From the NCBI GenBank assembly GCA_963778655.1, contig CAVZVA010000010.1:800001-864000 (forward strand): DNA of 64,000 bases, in the 5' to 3' direction. The notes below the pieces were generated by a model. It did no database searches, was not told the origin of the DNA, and saw only the letters and a list, made by a program, of their open reading frames with translations. Origin of the DNA: an uncultured delta proteobacterium (lineage in GTDB: Bacteria > Myxococcota_A > Polyangia > Polyangiales > JAFGIB01). Of this stretch, positions 1 to 9,388 are shown in pieces (position 1 is the stretch's first letter; every line of letters begins with the position of its first letter). A program made the position numbers and the translations under genes.

Positions 1-319
1 GGACCAGCAGCGTGGGGCCGATCATCGACAGCCCCATGCCCATCAGCGCCGGCGGCAGCTTGAGCCGGTTGAGCTCCTCCTGCAGCACGCGCGCTTGCTG
101 CGGCGAGAGCCCGCCGCCGCCGAACTCGGTGGGCCAGGTGGGCGCGGTGAGCCCGCGCTCCACCATCAGCTCGAGGTAGCGCCGGCGGTCGGCACGCACT
201 TCGGCGGCCTCTTCCTCGCCGCCCATCTCGGTCATCATGATCGGCCGGCCGTGCAGCGATTTGGGCACCTTGCCCAGGAAGCCGCGGATCTCGTTGCGGA
301 AGGTTTCCAGCTCGCTCAT
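1..319 (-). CDS. Acyl-CoA dehydrogenase family protein, N-terminal part (runs off the window start)
   Basis: Own translation from ATG at 319: MSELETFRNEIRGFL...GLTAPTWPTEFGGGGLS...QEELNRLKLP...GMGLSMIGPTLLV, a typical ACAD N-terminal domain; not in the ORF track. Confidence 0.85.
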   Translation of the reverse strand, partial: MSELETFRNEIRGFLGKVPKSLHGRPIMMTEMGGEEEAAEVRADRRRYLELMVERGLTAPTWPTEFGGGGLSPQQARVLQEELNRLKLPPALMGMGLSMIGPTLLV

Positions 320-660
320 GTGCACCCTCGGCTCGCCGCGCCCCCGGGCACGGGCATCTTCAAATCACCTGCTTTGCTGGTACCGCTGCCCCGGCCCGAA
401 TTCAAGGCCCGGCGCGGCCGATCGAGCCGGCTCAGGCCGGGAGCCGGGGCGGTTGTTTGGGACGCCACCGCGTAGAAGCGCTTGGCATCCTCCCCCAGCC
501 AGCGCAGGCGCTGGCTGGGGCTCAGCGCGAGCCACGCGCGCCGCAGCTGCTTCGGTGCTCTTGCCAGGCCCTGGCGCTGGTGTCCTCAGGCCTCCTGATC
601 CTCGCGCGGGGTAGCGCCCGCAATCCGCCGCGACGCGGCGGGTCGACCCCAGCCGTGAAG

Positions 661-1152
661 TCAGGGACGGCCCCTTTGCTCGAGCGCCACGAACTGCAGG
701 CCGAGGCCGGCGAGCTGGCGGTAGTCGGCCTCGCTGCCGTCCACCTCGAAGCCCATGAACTTGGCCAGCCCGCGCGCGGCCTTGGGGTTGCGCTGTGCGT
801 AGCGCGCCATCAGCTCGCCGCCCTGCTCCGCCGACAGCGCGCGCGCATGGACCTCGAGCTTGCGGCTGCCCACCTCGATGCGGGTGTCGGGATGACGCTG
901 CAGGTTCTTGAACCAATGCGAGTGCGGGCCGAAGCCGACCGCGACGTAATAGGTGTCGGTCTGCCGATCGTGGTCGACCACCTCGAGCACGTTCTTGCGG
1001 GGCAGCCCGGTCTTGGCGCCTTTGTGGTGCAAGAGCAGGAAGCGTTGCCCCAGCAGCCCGCCGAGCCCAATGCCGTAGAGCGCGATCGGCGCGCGCAGAA
1101 ACCACCGCAACAGCGGCCCGGGAGGCGTTCGCGAGCGTAACTTTCGTGCCAT
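661..1152 (-). CDS. Deazaflavin (F420)-dependent nitroreductase/oxidoreductase, DDN family
   Basis: PIALYGIGLGGLLGQRFLLLHHKGAKTGLPR...WFKNLQRHP motifs typical of the DDN family. Confidence 0.85.
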   Translation of the reverse strand: MARKLRSRTPPGPLLRWFLRAPIALYGIGLGGLLGQRFLLLHHKGAKTGLPRKNVLEVVDHDRQTDTYYVAVGFGPHSHWFKNLQRHPDTRIEVGSRKLEVHARALSAEQGGELMARYAQRNPKAARGLAKFMGFEVDGSEADYRQLAGLGLQFVALEQRGRP

Positions 1153-1174
1153 CGACCTGATAGGTTACCGGGCC

Positions 1175-1885
1175 ATGCCACATCGGGCCAATCCTCGTGT
1201 CAAGTGTATGATTTGCGGCAAAGAGACGCTGGCGAGCGCGTGCGTGAGCGCGGACGCGCTGCGCGGCTCGCTCGCCGAGCACATCAAGCAAGAGCACCCG
1301 GACACGTTCGATCCGGCGGGTCGGGTGTGCTTCTCATGTCTGAACCAAGCCCGCAGCACGCAGCTGCTCGCAGAGCTGGAGCGCGAGCGCGGCGAGCTGA
1401 CCGCGATCGAAGAGGAGGTGTCGCGCAAGGCGACCGAGCACATCGCCATCACCGAGCACATCGACGCGCAGTTCGAAAGCAAGCTGACCTTCGGGCAGCG
1501 CGTCGCCGATCAGGTGGCCGCGGTCGGCGGCTCGTGGGGATTTCTGATCAGCTTCGCGTTGGTGCTGACCTCATGGATCGCGCTCAACTCCGCGCTGCTG
1601 CGCGCGCACGCGTTCGACCCCTTCCCCTACATCCTGCTCAACCTCGTGCTGTCGTGCCTGGCCGCGGTGCAGGCGCCGGTCATCATGATGAGCCAAAACC
1701 GCGCTGCCGCGCGCGACCGGCTCGAGGCGGACGAGGACTACAAGGTCAACCTCAAGGCCGAGCTCGAGATCGCCACCCTGCACCAGAAGGTCGATCACCT
1801 CTTGCACGTGCAGTGGGAGCGCATGGTGGAGATCCAGAAGACCCAGCTGGAGCTGCTCAACGAGCTGCTGGCGCGGCGCCCGTAG
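1175..1885 (+). CDS. DUF1003 family membrane protein
   Basis: TFGQRVADQVAAVGGSW, FDPFPYILLNLVLSCLAAVQAPVIMMSQNR, DYKVNLKAELEI. Confidence 0.9.
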   Translation: MPHRANPRVKCMICGKETLASACVSADALRGSLAEHIKQEHPDTFDPAGRVCFSCLNQARSTQLLAELERERGELTAIEEEVSRKATEHIAITEHIDAQFESKLTFGQRVADQVAAVGGSWGFLISFALVLTSWIALNSALLRAHAFDPFPYILLNLVLSCLAAVQAPVIMMSQNRAAARDRLEADEDYKVNLKAELEIATLHQKVDHLLHVQWERMVEIQKTQLELLNELLARRP

Positions 1886-1963
1886 CGCGGCGCTTGTCGT
1901 GCCGCAGGCCGCGACACGGCAGCTGGCTATCGGTCCGGCTCGGCGCCGTGCTACCGTGGCGCC

Positions 1964-2896
1964 ATGGTCGAGGGGGGTGGAACACGAGCGGCGTCGCTGC
2001 CGCCGGGCGCGCGCTGTGCGGTCCATCCAGAGCGCGAGGCGCGCACCACCTGCCCTCGTTGCGGCAGCTACTGCTGCGAGAGTTGCGTCGCGGCGTCGGG
2101 CCGCTGCCACGACTGCGACGCGCGCGCGGGCGTCGCGGCGTTTCCCTTCGATCGCCGGCACTTTGCCTTTGGCGGGCTGTTCGACTATGCGCTCGCGCGC
2201 TGGAAGCAGTGCTGGCTGCCCCTGGGGCTTTCGCTGGTCGCGTTCATGGTGGTGGTGTACGCGGTGGCGCTGGGTGCAGGCTTCGCGCTGGGTACCTTTC
2301 CGCCTCGGCACGCCACGGTCTCGCCCGTGTTCGGGCCGCGTTTCTGGGTGGGCCAGATCATCCAGCTGCTGGTCCAGGTCGCGCTCGAGCTGCCCCTGCT
2401 GGGGCTGTACCTCGACGTCGCGGCGGGCAAGCCGCCCGCGCTCGAGCCGGCCCTGCGCAGGCTGCGACGCCTGCCGCAGGCCTTGCTGCAAGTCGTGATC
2501 ATGACCATGGCCTTCATGCTGTACGCGGCGGTGATCGGCGGTGCGGCGTTTGGGCTGGCCCGCCTGGCCGGCATGACCGCGAGCGGGCGCAATGGGGTGA
2601 TCGCCATCGCCGCGTTCATCGGCGCGGTCCCCGCCGTGTACCTCGGGATTGGCCTCATGTTCGCCCTGCTGGCTCTGCTCGACGACCCGAGCGCGACTGC
2701 GGTCTCTGCGCTGCGCACGTCGCTTCAGCTGGTGTCGGGCCAGCGCCTGCGCGTGCTGGGCATCAGCCTGCTGACGTTTGCGCTCGGCGGCGCGGGCTTT
2801 CTGGCCTGCTGTGTCGGAGGCCTCGCCAGCGCGCCGCTCTCAGGCGTGCTGTTCAGCACGCTGTTTCTGGCGCTGCGCAACGACGCTGCACGCTAA
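1964..2896 (+). CDS. Membrane protein with N-terminal Cys/His zinc-finger-like domain
   Basis: CAVHPEREARTTCPRCGSYCCESC...CHDC followed by several hydrophobic helices. Confidence 0.75.
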   Translation: MVEGGGTRAASLPPGARCAVHPEREARTTCPRCGSYCCESCVAASGRCHDCDARAGVAAFPFDRRHFAFGGLFDYALARWKQCWLPLGLSLVAFMVVVYAVALGAGFALGTFPPRHATVSPVFGPRFWVGQIIQLLVQVALELPLLGLYLDVAAGKPPALEPALRRLRRLPQALLQVVIMTMAFMLYAAVIGGAAFGLARLAGMTASGRNGVIAIAAFIGAVPAVYLGIGLMFALLALLDDPSATAVSALRTSLQLVSGQRLRVLGISLLTFALGGAGFLACCVGGLASAPLSGVLFSTLFLALRNDAAR

Positions 2897-3741
2897 GCTT
2901 CGCCCTGCAGGGCGCGGCGCATGGCCTGCAGCGGGGCGGGGCGGCCGGTCCAGCGTTCGAAGGCGAGCGCGCCCTGGTGCAGCAGCATGCCGAGGCCGTC
3001 GATGCTGCGCAGGCCGAGCCCCCGCGCGCGCTGCAGCAGCGCCGTGTCGCGCGGCTTGTAGACCAGGTCGCAGACCGCGGCCGAGCCGGGCAGCAGCTGC
3101 AGCGGCAGCGCGGCGGCGAAGGCTTGCGCAGCGGGGTTACTGGCCAGCGTGGCGCTGGTGGCCTGCACCAGCAGGGCGCAGCCAGCGAGCGCCGGCTGCA
3201 GCCCGGCGGCGAGATCGCAGGCCGCCAGCGCGCAGCTCGGGCAGTGCGCCGCCAGCTCGCCCGCCAGCGCCTGGGCCTGCTCTGGGCGCCGCGCCGCCAG
3301 CGTGATGCGCGCCGCGCCCGCAGCCGCCAGCCCGACTACCGCCGCGCGCGCCGCGCCGCCTGCGCCCAGCACCACCACCTGGGCGTCCTGCAACGCCACG
3401 CCGGCCTCGCGCAGCGCGCGCGCCAGACCCTCGGCGTCGGTGTTGGCGCCGAGCAGGCGCTCGCCGTCGCGCAGCACGGTGTTGACCGCGCCGATTGCGC
3501 GCGCGGCGGGCTCGAGCTCGGAGAGCAGCGGCATGATCGCGCTCTTGTGCGGCAGCGTGACGTTGACGCCGGCGATGCCCAACGCGCGCAGCGCGTCCAC
3601 CGCGCGCGCCAGGCGATCGGGCGGCACCGCGTAGGGCACGTAGAGCGCGTCGATGCCGCGCGCGGCGAAGGCGGCGTTGTGCATCGCGGGCGAGCGTGAG
3701 TGCGCCACCGGCCAGCCCAGCACGCCGTAGATAGCGCTCAC
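2893..3741 (-). CDS. aroE: Shikimate dehydrogenase
   Basis: GWPVAHSRSPAMHN, NVTLPHK, GAVNT, NTDAEG, GAGGAARA, DLVYKP, GLGMLLHQG; GTG start overlaps the xseA stop. Confidence 0.95.
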   Translation of the reverse strand: MSAIYGVLGWPVAHSRSPAMHNAAFAARGIDALYVPYAVPPDRLARAVDALRALGIAGVNVTLPHKSAIMPLLSELEPAARAIGAVNTVLRDGERLLGANTDAEGLARALREAGVALQDAQVVVLGAGGAARAAVVGLAAAGAARITLAARRPEQAQALAGELAAHCPSCALAACDLAAGLQPALAGCALLVQATSATLASNPAAQAFAAALPLQLLPGSAAVCDLVYKPRDTALLQRARGLGLRSIDGLGMLLHQGALAFERWTGRPAPLQAMRRALQGEA

Positions 3742-5105
3742 TTCTCCACCCGTGCGCGCAGCTCGCCCTCGTGCAGGCGCAGCCGCAGCGCGTCGCCTTC
3801 GGCCGCGTCCGCGGCGCGCAGCAGCGCGCGGCCGCTGCCCTCGTGCAGCGCGATCGCGTAGCCGCGCGCCAGCACCGACAGCGGCGAGAGCGCCTGCAGG
3901 CGCGCGGCGTTCTGCGAGAGCCGCGCGCGCCGGCCCGCGCTCAACGTGCTGCCCTGGGCGAGCAGCCGCGCGCGCAACCCGTGCAGCCGCGCGCGGTCCT
4001 GCGCGCACAACAGCCGCGGGTCGCGGCGCGACAGCCGCTCGAGCAAGCCGGCAAGCTGCTGGCGCCGTGCGCGCAGGCGCGCGCGCCCCAGCTGCTCCAG
4101 CCGCCCGCGGGCGGCCGCCAGGCGCGCACGCGTGCCGCGCAGCGAGACGCGCGGGTCGTGCAGGCCGCGGCCAAGCCGCTCCAGCCGCAGCCGGGCGCGC
4201 TGCACCCGCACCTCCAGCGCACGCTCGAGCGCGCGTCCGTGCGCGGATAGCTCGCTCTGCAATGCGCGCCGGTCGGGCACGCACAGCTCGGCGGCGTTGC
4301 TCGGCGTCGAGGCGCGCAGGTCCGCGACCAGGTCGGCCAGGGTCACGTCGATCTCGTGTCCGACCGCGCTCACCACCGGCACGCGGCAGGCGGCGATCGC
4401 GCGCGCCACGCGCTCGTCGTTGAACGCGAACAGGTCTTCGGCCGCCCCGCCGCCGCGGCCCACGATCACGGCATCGAGCTCGGGCACCCGCTGGATCGCC
4501 TGCAGCGCCGCGACGATCGACGCCGGCGCGTCGCGGCCCTGCACCAGGCAGGGCGAGACCACGATGCGCAGCGGGCAGCGCTCGCCGGCCACGCGCACGA
4601 TGTCGTGCAGCGCCGCGCCGTGCTCGCTGGTCACCACTCCGAGCACGCGCGGCAGCTGCGGCAGCGCGCGCTTGCGCTCGGGCGCCAGCAGCCCCTGCGC
4701 CTCGAGCTTGGCGCGCAGCGCCTCGAACTGCGCCTGCAGCTCGCCCAGGCCTTGCGGCAGGGCGATGCGCGCGATCAGCTGGAAGCCGCCGCGCGGCTCG
4801 AACAGGCTGAGCGTGCCGCGCAGCTTGACGCGCGCGCCGTCCTGCAGCTTGGCCTTGCTGCGGCGCGCGTCGCTGCGGAACATCACCCCGCGCAGTTGCG
4901 CGTGCTCCTGCTCGTCGTTGAGCGTGAAGTATACGTGGCCCGAGCCGGCGTGGGTCACGTCCGAGAGCTCGCCCATCGCCCACACGTCCGCCCAGCGCTC
5001 CTCGAGCAGGATGCGCACCATGCGGTTGAGCTGGCCGACGCGGTAGACGCGCTCCTCGGCGCCGCCGTCCCTCCCGTCGCGATCGAACAGCGGCAGCGTC
5101 GACAT
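3738..5105 (-). CDS. xseA: Exodeoxyribonuclease VII large subunit
   Basis: GELS...SGHVYFTL, GRGGGAAEDLFAFNDERVARAI, SAVGHEIDVTLADLVADLRASTPSNAAE, LSPLSVLARGYA. Confidence 0.95.
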   Translation of the reverse strand: MSTLPLFDRDGRDGGAEERVYRVGQLNRMVRILLEERWADVWAMGELSDVTHAGSGHVYFTLNDEQEHAQLRGVMFRSDARRSKAKLQDGARVKLRGTLSLFEPRGGFQLIARIALPQGLGELQAQFEALRAKLEAQGLLAPERKRALPQLPRVLGVVTSEHGAALHDIVRVAGERCPLRIVVSPCLVQGRDAPASIVAALQAIQRVPELDAVIVGRGGGAAEDLFAFNDERVARAIAACRVPVVSAVGHEIDVTLADLVADLRASTPSNAAELCVPDRRALQSELSAHGRALERALEVRVQRARLRLERLGRGLHDPRVSLRGTRARLAAARGRLEQLGRARLRARRQQLAGLLERLSRRDPRLLCAQDRARLHGLRARLLAQGSTLSAGRRARLSQNAARLQALSPLSVLARGYAIALHEGSGRALLRAADAAEGDALRLRLHEGELRARVEK

Positions 5106-5172
5106 GCCGGGCACCGTATGCCAAGTTGTACGGCGTTTGAAGGCCAATGCATGGGAGGTGTCCGGCGACTCC

Positions 5173-6081
5173 GTGAACGGCCACGAGTACGTGCTCGGCC
5201 TGGGGGCGAACCTGGGCTCGCGGCAGGCGAGCCTGGCGGCCGCGCTCGATCTGATTGCAGCGCGCGACGACTGTCGGCTCGCGGGGGTGTCGGCGCTGTA
5301 CCAGAGCGAGCCGGTCGGTCCGCCACAACCTCATTATCTGAATGCCGCGGCGCGCGTGCACAGCGCGCTCGGGCCGCGCGCGCTGCTCGCGGTGTTGCTC
5401 GAGATCGAGCACGCGCTCGGGCGGCGGCGCGCCGAGCGCTGGGGGCCGCGCGTGATCGATCTCGATCTGCTGTGGGCTGGGACGCCGTTCGCCGACGTGG
5501 TGCTGCAGGTGCCGCACCCGCGCTTGGGCGAGCGCTGGTTTGCGCTGTTGCCGTTGCTCGAGGTGGCGCCCGAGCTCCAACCTCGTTACGGTGCCGCGCT
5601 GCGCGCGCTGCAAGCCCGCTGTCCCGAGCTGGGGGCCGGCACGCCGCGTCCGTTCGTGGGCCCGGGCTGGACGCTCGGCCCGCGCGTGCAGGTGCGCGGC
5701 GACACGCAGGGCCTGGAGCTGCACGCGCAGGCTGCGGACCGCGCCGAAGCGCTCGCGGCGGTGCTCGGCGCGCTGGGCGCCCGGCTGTGGCCGGATTTCG
5801 CGTGTGGGGCGATCGATGCGCCCGTCCTACTGTGCGCGCCTGCGGACGCCGCGCCGGCCGCGCTGGCCCGCGAAACGCTCGCACGCGCGGCGCGCGGTTT
5901 CGCGTTTGCGCGGGCGTGCGTGGCCACGCTCGGCCCCGAGCGCAGCGAGCTGCGGTTGCTGGGCCGGCAGCTCGCTTGCGGTGGCGCATGCTGGAGCCTG
6001 CTGGAGGCCTCGGAGGCGGCCTGCGGCGAGGGCTACGCGGTCGGCCTGAGGCTCGTGCGCGAGCCGCTGGAAGGCCGGTAA
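5173..6081 (+). CDS. folK: HPPK (FolK) with a C-terminal extra domain, possibly archease-like
   Basis: LGLGANLG, YQSEPVGPPQPHYLNAA, GRRRAERWGPRVIDLDLL, VPHPRL; about 130 extra C-terminal residues. Confidence 0.88.
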   Translation: MNGHEYVLGLGANLGSRQASLAAALDLIAARDDCRLAGVSALYQSEPVGPPQPHYLNAAARVHSALGPRALLAVLLEIEHALGRRRAERWGPRVIDLDLLWAGTPFADVVLQVPHPRLGERWFALLPLLEVAPELQPRYGAALRALQARCPELGAGTPRPFVGPGWTLGPRVQVRGDTQGLELHAQAADRAEALAAVLGALGARLWPDFACGAIDAPVLLCAPADAAPAALARETLARAARGFAFARACVATLGPERSELRLLGRQLACGGACWSLLEASEAACGEGYAVGLRLVREPLEGR

Positions 6082-6120
6082 GATCTGGCTTTTTTCCCCG
6101 AGATCCCCGAAGGTTAAGCC

Positions 6121-8520
6121 ATGGTCGATCAGCGCAGGGACAAGCGCGCGCCGGCGTCGCTGAAGGTCAAGTACAAGAGCGCCACGGTCGACGAGTTCAT
6201 CGAGCACTTCGGAGCCGACGTGTCGCGCGGCGGCATCTTCGTCAAGACCAAGAAGCCAATTGAAAACGGCGCGCTGCTCAAGCTCGAGCTGCAACTGCAC
6301 GACGCCTCGCCGGTGATCCACGGCATCGGCCGCGTGTGCTGGCGGCGCGAGCAAGTCCAAGATTCCAGCCTGCCGGCCGGAATGGGGATCAAGTTCATCA
6401 AGCTCGACCCCGACAGCCGCGCGGTCGTCGATCGCATCGTGCGCGGGCGCGGGGAGCGGGCTTCGCGCTTCGAGCAAACCCAGGGCGCACAGCTCGCGGC
6501 CGCCTCCGAGCCGCCTTCCGCGCAGCCCGCCAGCGCGCCCGGGTTTGCGGCCGCACCCCCCGCGATGCCGCCGCCGCGGCCGAGCGCGCCGGCCGTAGCG
6601 GCGGCGCGGCGCGAGCCGATCGCTGCGCCGCGTGCGAGCGCGCCCGCGCGTCCCGCGGTCCAGCGACCCAGCAGCACAGGCGTGCGCGTGGCGGGGCTGT
6701 TCGCCGACAGCCCGATCGCGAAGAGCACTGCAAGCGAGGTCCGCAGCGAGGGCGGCAGTCGCAGCGGTTCGTTCTTTCCGCCGGCACCGAGCGGGCGGCC
6801 CGGCTCCAGCCCGCGTGTGGCCACGCCCGCGCCCGCGCGCGCGGCGGCCCGGCTTTCGCCGCCGCCGCCGGCGATCGGATCGGTGCCGCCGCCCAAGCCG
6901 ATCAGCTCTGCGCCGCCGGGCGGACGCCTGAGTCAGGCGCGCCAGTCGGGCCAGTTCCTGGCGGCCGCGTTCGCGGAAGGCGGCGTGGCCGAGGAGACCG
7001 CGACCCAGGCGCGCGCGGTCGCCGAAGGCGGCGATGACGACGTGATCGACGAGCTGTTCGCGGGCGTGGTGGATGAGCCGGTGCGGCCCTCGTCGCCGTC
7101 GGCCACGCGCAGCGGTCCCGGCAGCGTCGACGACGTGTTCGCCGCGCTGAGCGAGGAAGAGGGCCTGAGCGCGCCACCGGTCGTGCCGCGACCGACCCGC
7201 ACGTCGTCACCGGGTTCCTTGCCCGCGCGCCGGCCCTCGTTGCCGGACCCGGTGCCCGGAGCGCGTGCGAGTCAACCCGACAGCGTGGATCAGTTGTTTG
7301 CCGAGCTCGAGGACGAAGCGCCAACCGGCGAGATGCCGCGGCTCCCGTCGGTGCCGCCCCTGCCGCAGCCGGAAGCCGAGATCGAGGGCGAGGAACCCTA
7401 CCGGAGCGATGAGCTCGGCCCCAGCGACGACGAGAGCTTCGGCGAGGCCGACCTGTTCGACGAGCACGCCGCGGCGTCGGCCCCGGCGCTGCCGTCGATT
7501 CCAGTGCTGCCCGCGGACAGCGTGCTGCACCAGCTGGCCGCGCCGCAGCGCTCGTCGTCGTCGCTGCCGTGGATCGTGCTGGGGTTGCTTTTGGCGGGCG
7601 GTGTCGGCGGCTTCCTGTACTACCAGCAGGTGCTGGCGCCGCAGGCGCGCGCGCCGCAACCCGCGCGCGAGCCCGCCGCGCCGCAGGCGCCTGCCGCCGA
7701 GGCCCCGGCGCCCGGCGCGCCCGCGCAGCCCGCGACGGCTGCAGCTGGTGCTGCGGCGCCGGCGCAAGCCGAGGGTCCGGTCAAGACCGTGGAGATCGAG
7801 GTGTCCTCGCTGCCGCGCGCGTCGGACATCAGCGTCGACGGCAAGCAGGTCGGCACCACGCCCAAGCACGTGCCGCTACCCGTGGGCCGCCCCGCGCAGG
7901 TGACCGTGAGCAGCGCGGGTTACGCAGCGATGACCAAGACGGTGGTTGCGGGCGCGGACACTCAACCGCTGCGCTTCCGGCTGGAGGCGCTGCCGTACTC
8001 ACTGCTCGTGCGCACCGATCCGCCCTCTGCTGCGCTCACGGTCGGCGACACACACGCGCTGTCGCCGGCTCCGCTCGAGCTCGGACATCTCGACGGAAGC
8101 GTGCAGGTCAGCATCGCCAAGGACGGCTTTCAGCGCATGACGCGGCAGGTACGCCTCGACGAGTTCACGGAGAAGGACGGGGTGATGCGCGCCGAGATCG
8201 AGGTGACGCTGAGCCCGCTGCCCGGCGCGTCCGCGACTCCGGCACCAGCGCACCCGCGCTCGCACCACGTCCACGTGCCGCGCCGCGAGCGCACCGAGCC
8301 CCCGCCGCCGCCGGAGCCGCCCGCCGCGCCTGCGCCCGCGCCGAGCGCGCCGAGCGCGCCCGCGGCCGCCGCGCCCGCGCCGAGCGCGCCCGCGGCCGCC
8401 GCGCCCGCGCCGAGCACACCAGCGGCCAAGCCCGAGCCTCCCGAGCCCCCGCCCCCGCCCTCGCCGCCCCCACCAACCGAGCGCCCGGTCGAAAGCCCCC
8501 GCCCGACCCTCGAGCTTTAG
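6121..8520 (+). CDS. TIGR02266-type PilZ-like domain protein with Pro/Ala-rich linker, one TM helix and PEGA domains
   Basis: QRRDKRAP...DVSRGGIFV...GMGIKF N-terminus; TM WIVLGLLLAGGVGGFLYY; SSLPRASDISVDGKQVGTTP PEGA-like segment. Confidence 0.85.
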   Translation: MVDQRRDKRAPASLKVKYKSATVDEFIEHFGADVSRGGIFVKTKKPIENGALLKLELQLHDASPVIHGIGRVCWRREQVQDSSLPAGMGIKFIKLDPDSRAVVDRIVRGRGERASRFEQTQGAQLAAASEPPSAQPASAPGFAAAPPAMPPPRPSAPAVAAARREPIAAPRASAPARPAVQRPSSTGVRVAGLFADSPIAKSTASEVRSEGGSRSGSFFPPAPSGRPGSSPRVATPAPARAAARLSPPPPAIGSVPPPKPISSAPPGGRLSQARQSGQFLAAAFAEGGVAEETATQARAVAEGGDDDVIDELFAGVVDEPVRPSSPSATRSGPGSVDDVFAALSEEEGLSAPPVVPRPTRTSSPGSLPARRPSLPDPVPGARASQPDSVDQLFAELEDEAPTGEMPRLPSVPPLPQPEAEIEGEEPYRSDELGPSDDESFGEADLFDEHAAASAPALPSIPVLPADSVLHQLAAPQRSSSSLPWIVLGLLLAGGVGGFLYYQQVLAPQARAPQPAREPAAPQAPAAEAPAPGAPAQPATAAAGAAAPAQAEGPVKTVEIEVSSLPRASDISVDGKQVGTTPKHVPLPVGRPAQVTVSSAGYAAMTKTVVAGADTQPLRFRLEALPYSLLVRTDPPSAALTVGDTHALSPAPLELGHLDGSVQVSIAKDGFQRMTRQVRLDEFTEKDGVMRAEIEVTLSPLPGASATPAPAHPRSHHVHVPRRERTEPPPPPEPPAAPAPAPSAPSAPAAAAPAPSAPAAAAPAPSTPAAKPEPPEPPPPPSPPPPTERPVESPRPTLEL

Positions 8521-8566
8521 GCTAGCTCCCGTCCAGGAATGCAGCGGCCCTGGGGCCAAGAGATCC

Positions 8567-8630
8567 ACAGGAAGACGGGAAGACGGGAAGTCCCGAGTCT
8601 TTTGTCCTTCTCGCCTTCCCGTCTTGCTGT
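8567..8630. repeat. Dispersed palindromic repeat family A, copy 1
   Basis: ACAGGAAGACGGGAAGACGGGAAG...CTTCTCGCCTTCCCGTCTTGCTGT inverted arms; related copies at 52539, 55692 and 60069. Confidence 0.8.
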
Positions 8631-8692
8631 CGAATCCTCCGAAGAGCTAAGGCTCGGGTCGACCCTCGAGCCTCATGGTGTAGAGTCCGCGC

Positions 8693-9388
8693 GTGATTCC
8701 GCTGCGCGACATCGCACCGATCCGCTCGCGCCCGCTGGTGACGTACCTGCTGATCGCAGCCAATACGCTGGTGTTTCTGTACCAGGCGTCGTTGCCGCAT
8801 GCGGCCGGCGAGGCGTTTGCCTACCGCTACGGCATGGTGCCGTACTTCCTGGCCCAGGATCCGCGATTGGCCAGCCTGGGCACGCCCTTTACCAGCATGT
8901 TCATGCACGGCAGCTGGTTTCACCTGATCTCGAACATGTGGTTTCTGCATATCTTCGGCGACAACGTCGAGGATGCTCTGGGGCGAGGGAGGTTTCTGCT
9001 GTTTTACTTGCTGTGCGGTCTGCTCGCGGCCGGCGCGCAGCTGTGGGTCGACCCCAGCAGCCGCGTGCCGATGATCGGTGCCTCGGGCGCGATCGCGGGT
9101 GTGCTCGGCGCGTATTTCCGCATCCTGCCCAACGCGCGCGTGGTCACCCTGATCCCGATCTTCTTCTTCTTCATCGTGCGCGAGCTGCCGGCGGTGTTCT
9201 TCATCGTGATCTGGTTCCTGTTGCAGCTGGTCAGCGGCATCGGCTCGCTCGGCTATGCGCAGCAGAGCGGCGGGGTCGCGTTCTTCGCGCACATCGGCGG
9301 CTTCCTCGGCGGACTGTGGCTGGTCGGTGTGTTCGGCGCCCGGCGCAACAGCCGCGCCGGCTTCCGCTCGCGGCGCGACTATGGCTGA
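8693..9388 (+). CDS. Rhomboid family intramembrane serine protease
   Basis: TSMFMHGSWFHLISNM, GASGAIAG catalytic Ser, AHIGGF catalytic His. Confidence 0.95.
   Translation: MIPLRDIAPIRSRPLVTYLLIAANTLVFLYQASLPHAAGEAFAYRYGMVPYFLAQDPRLASLGTPFTSMFMHGSWFHLISNMWFLHIFGDNVEDALGRGRFLLFYLLCGLLAAGAQLWVDPSSRVPMIGASGAIAGVLGAYFRILPNARVVTLIPIFFFFIVRELPAVFFIVIWFLLQLVSGIGSLGYAQQSGGVAFFAHIGGFLGGLWLVGVFGARRNSRAGFRSRRDYG

Noticed and set aside
1204..6263. Long alternative-frame ORFs (1204-3699, 4356-6263, the 943-aa extension of aroE) and many similar ones across the window
   Set aside because: Arg/Ala/Gly-rich shadow ORFs expected at very high GC; they overlap clearly recognisable genes.
8330..8420. Tandem repeats encoding APAPSAPAAA
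   Set aside because: Ordinary low-complexity Pro/Ala linker inside a CDS.
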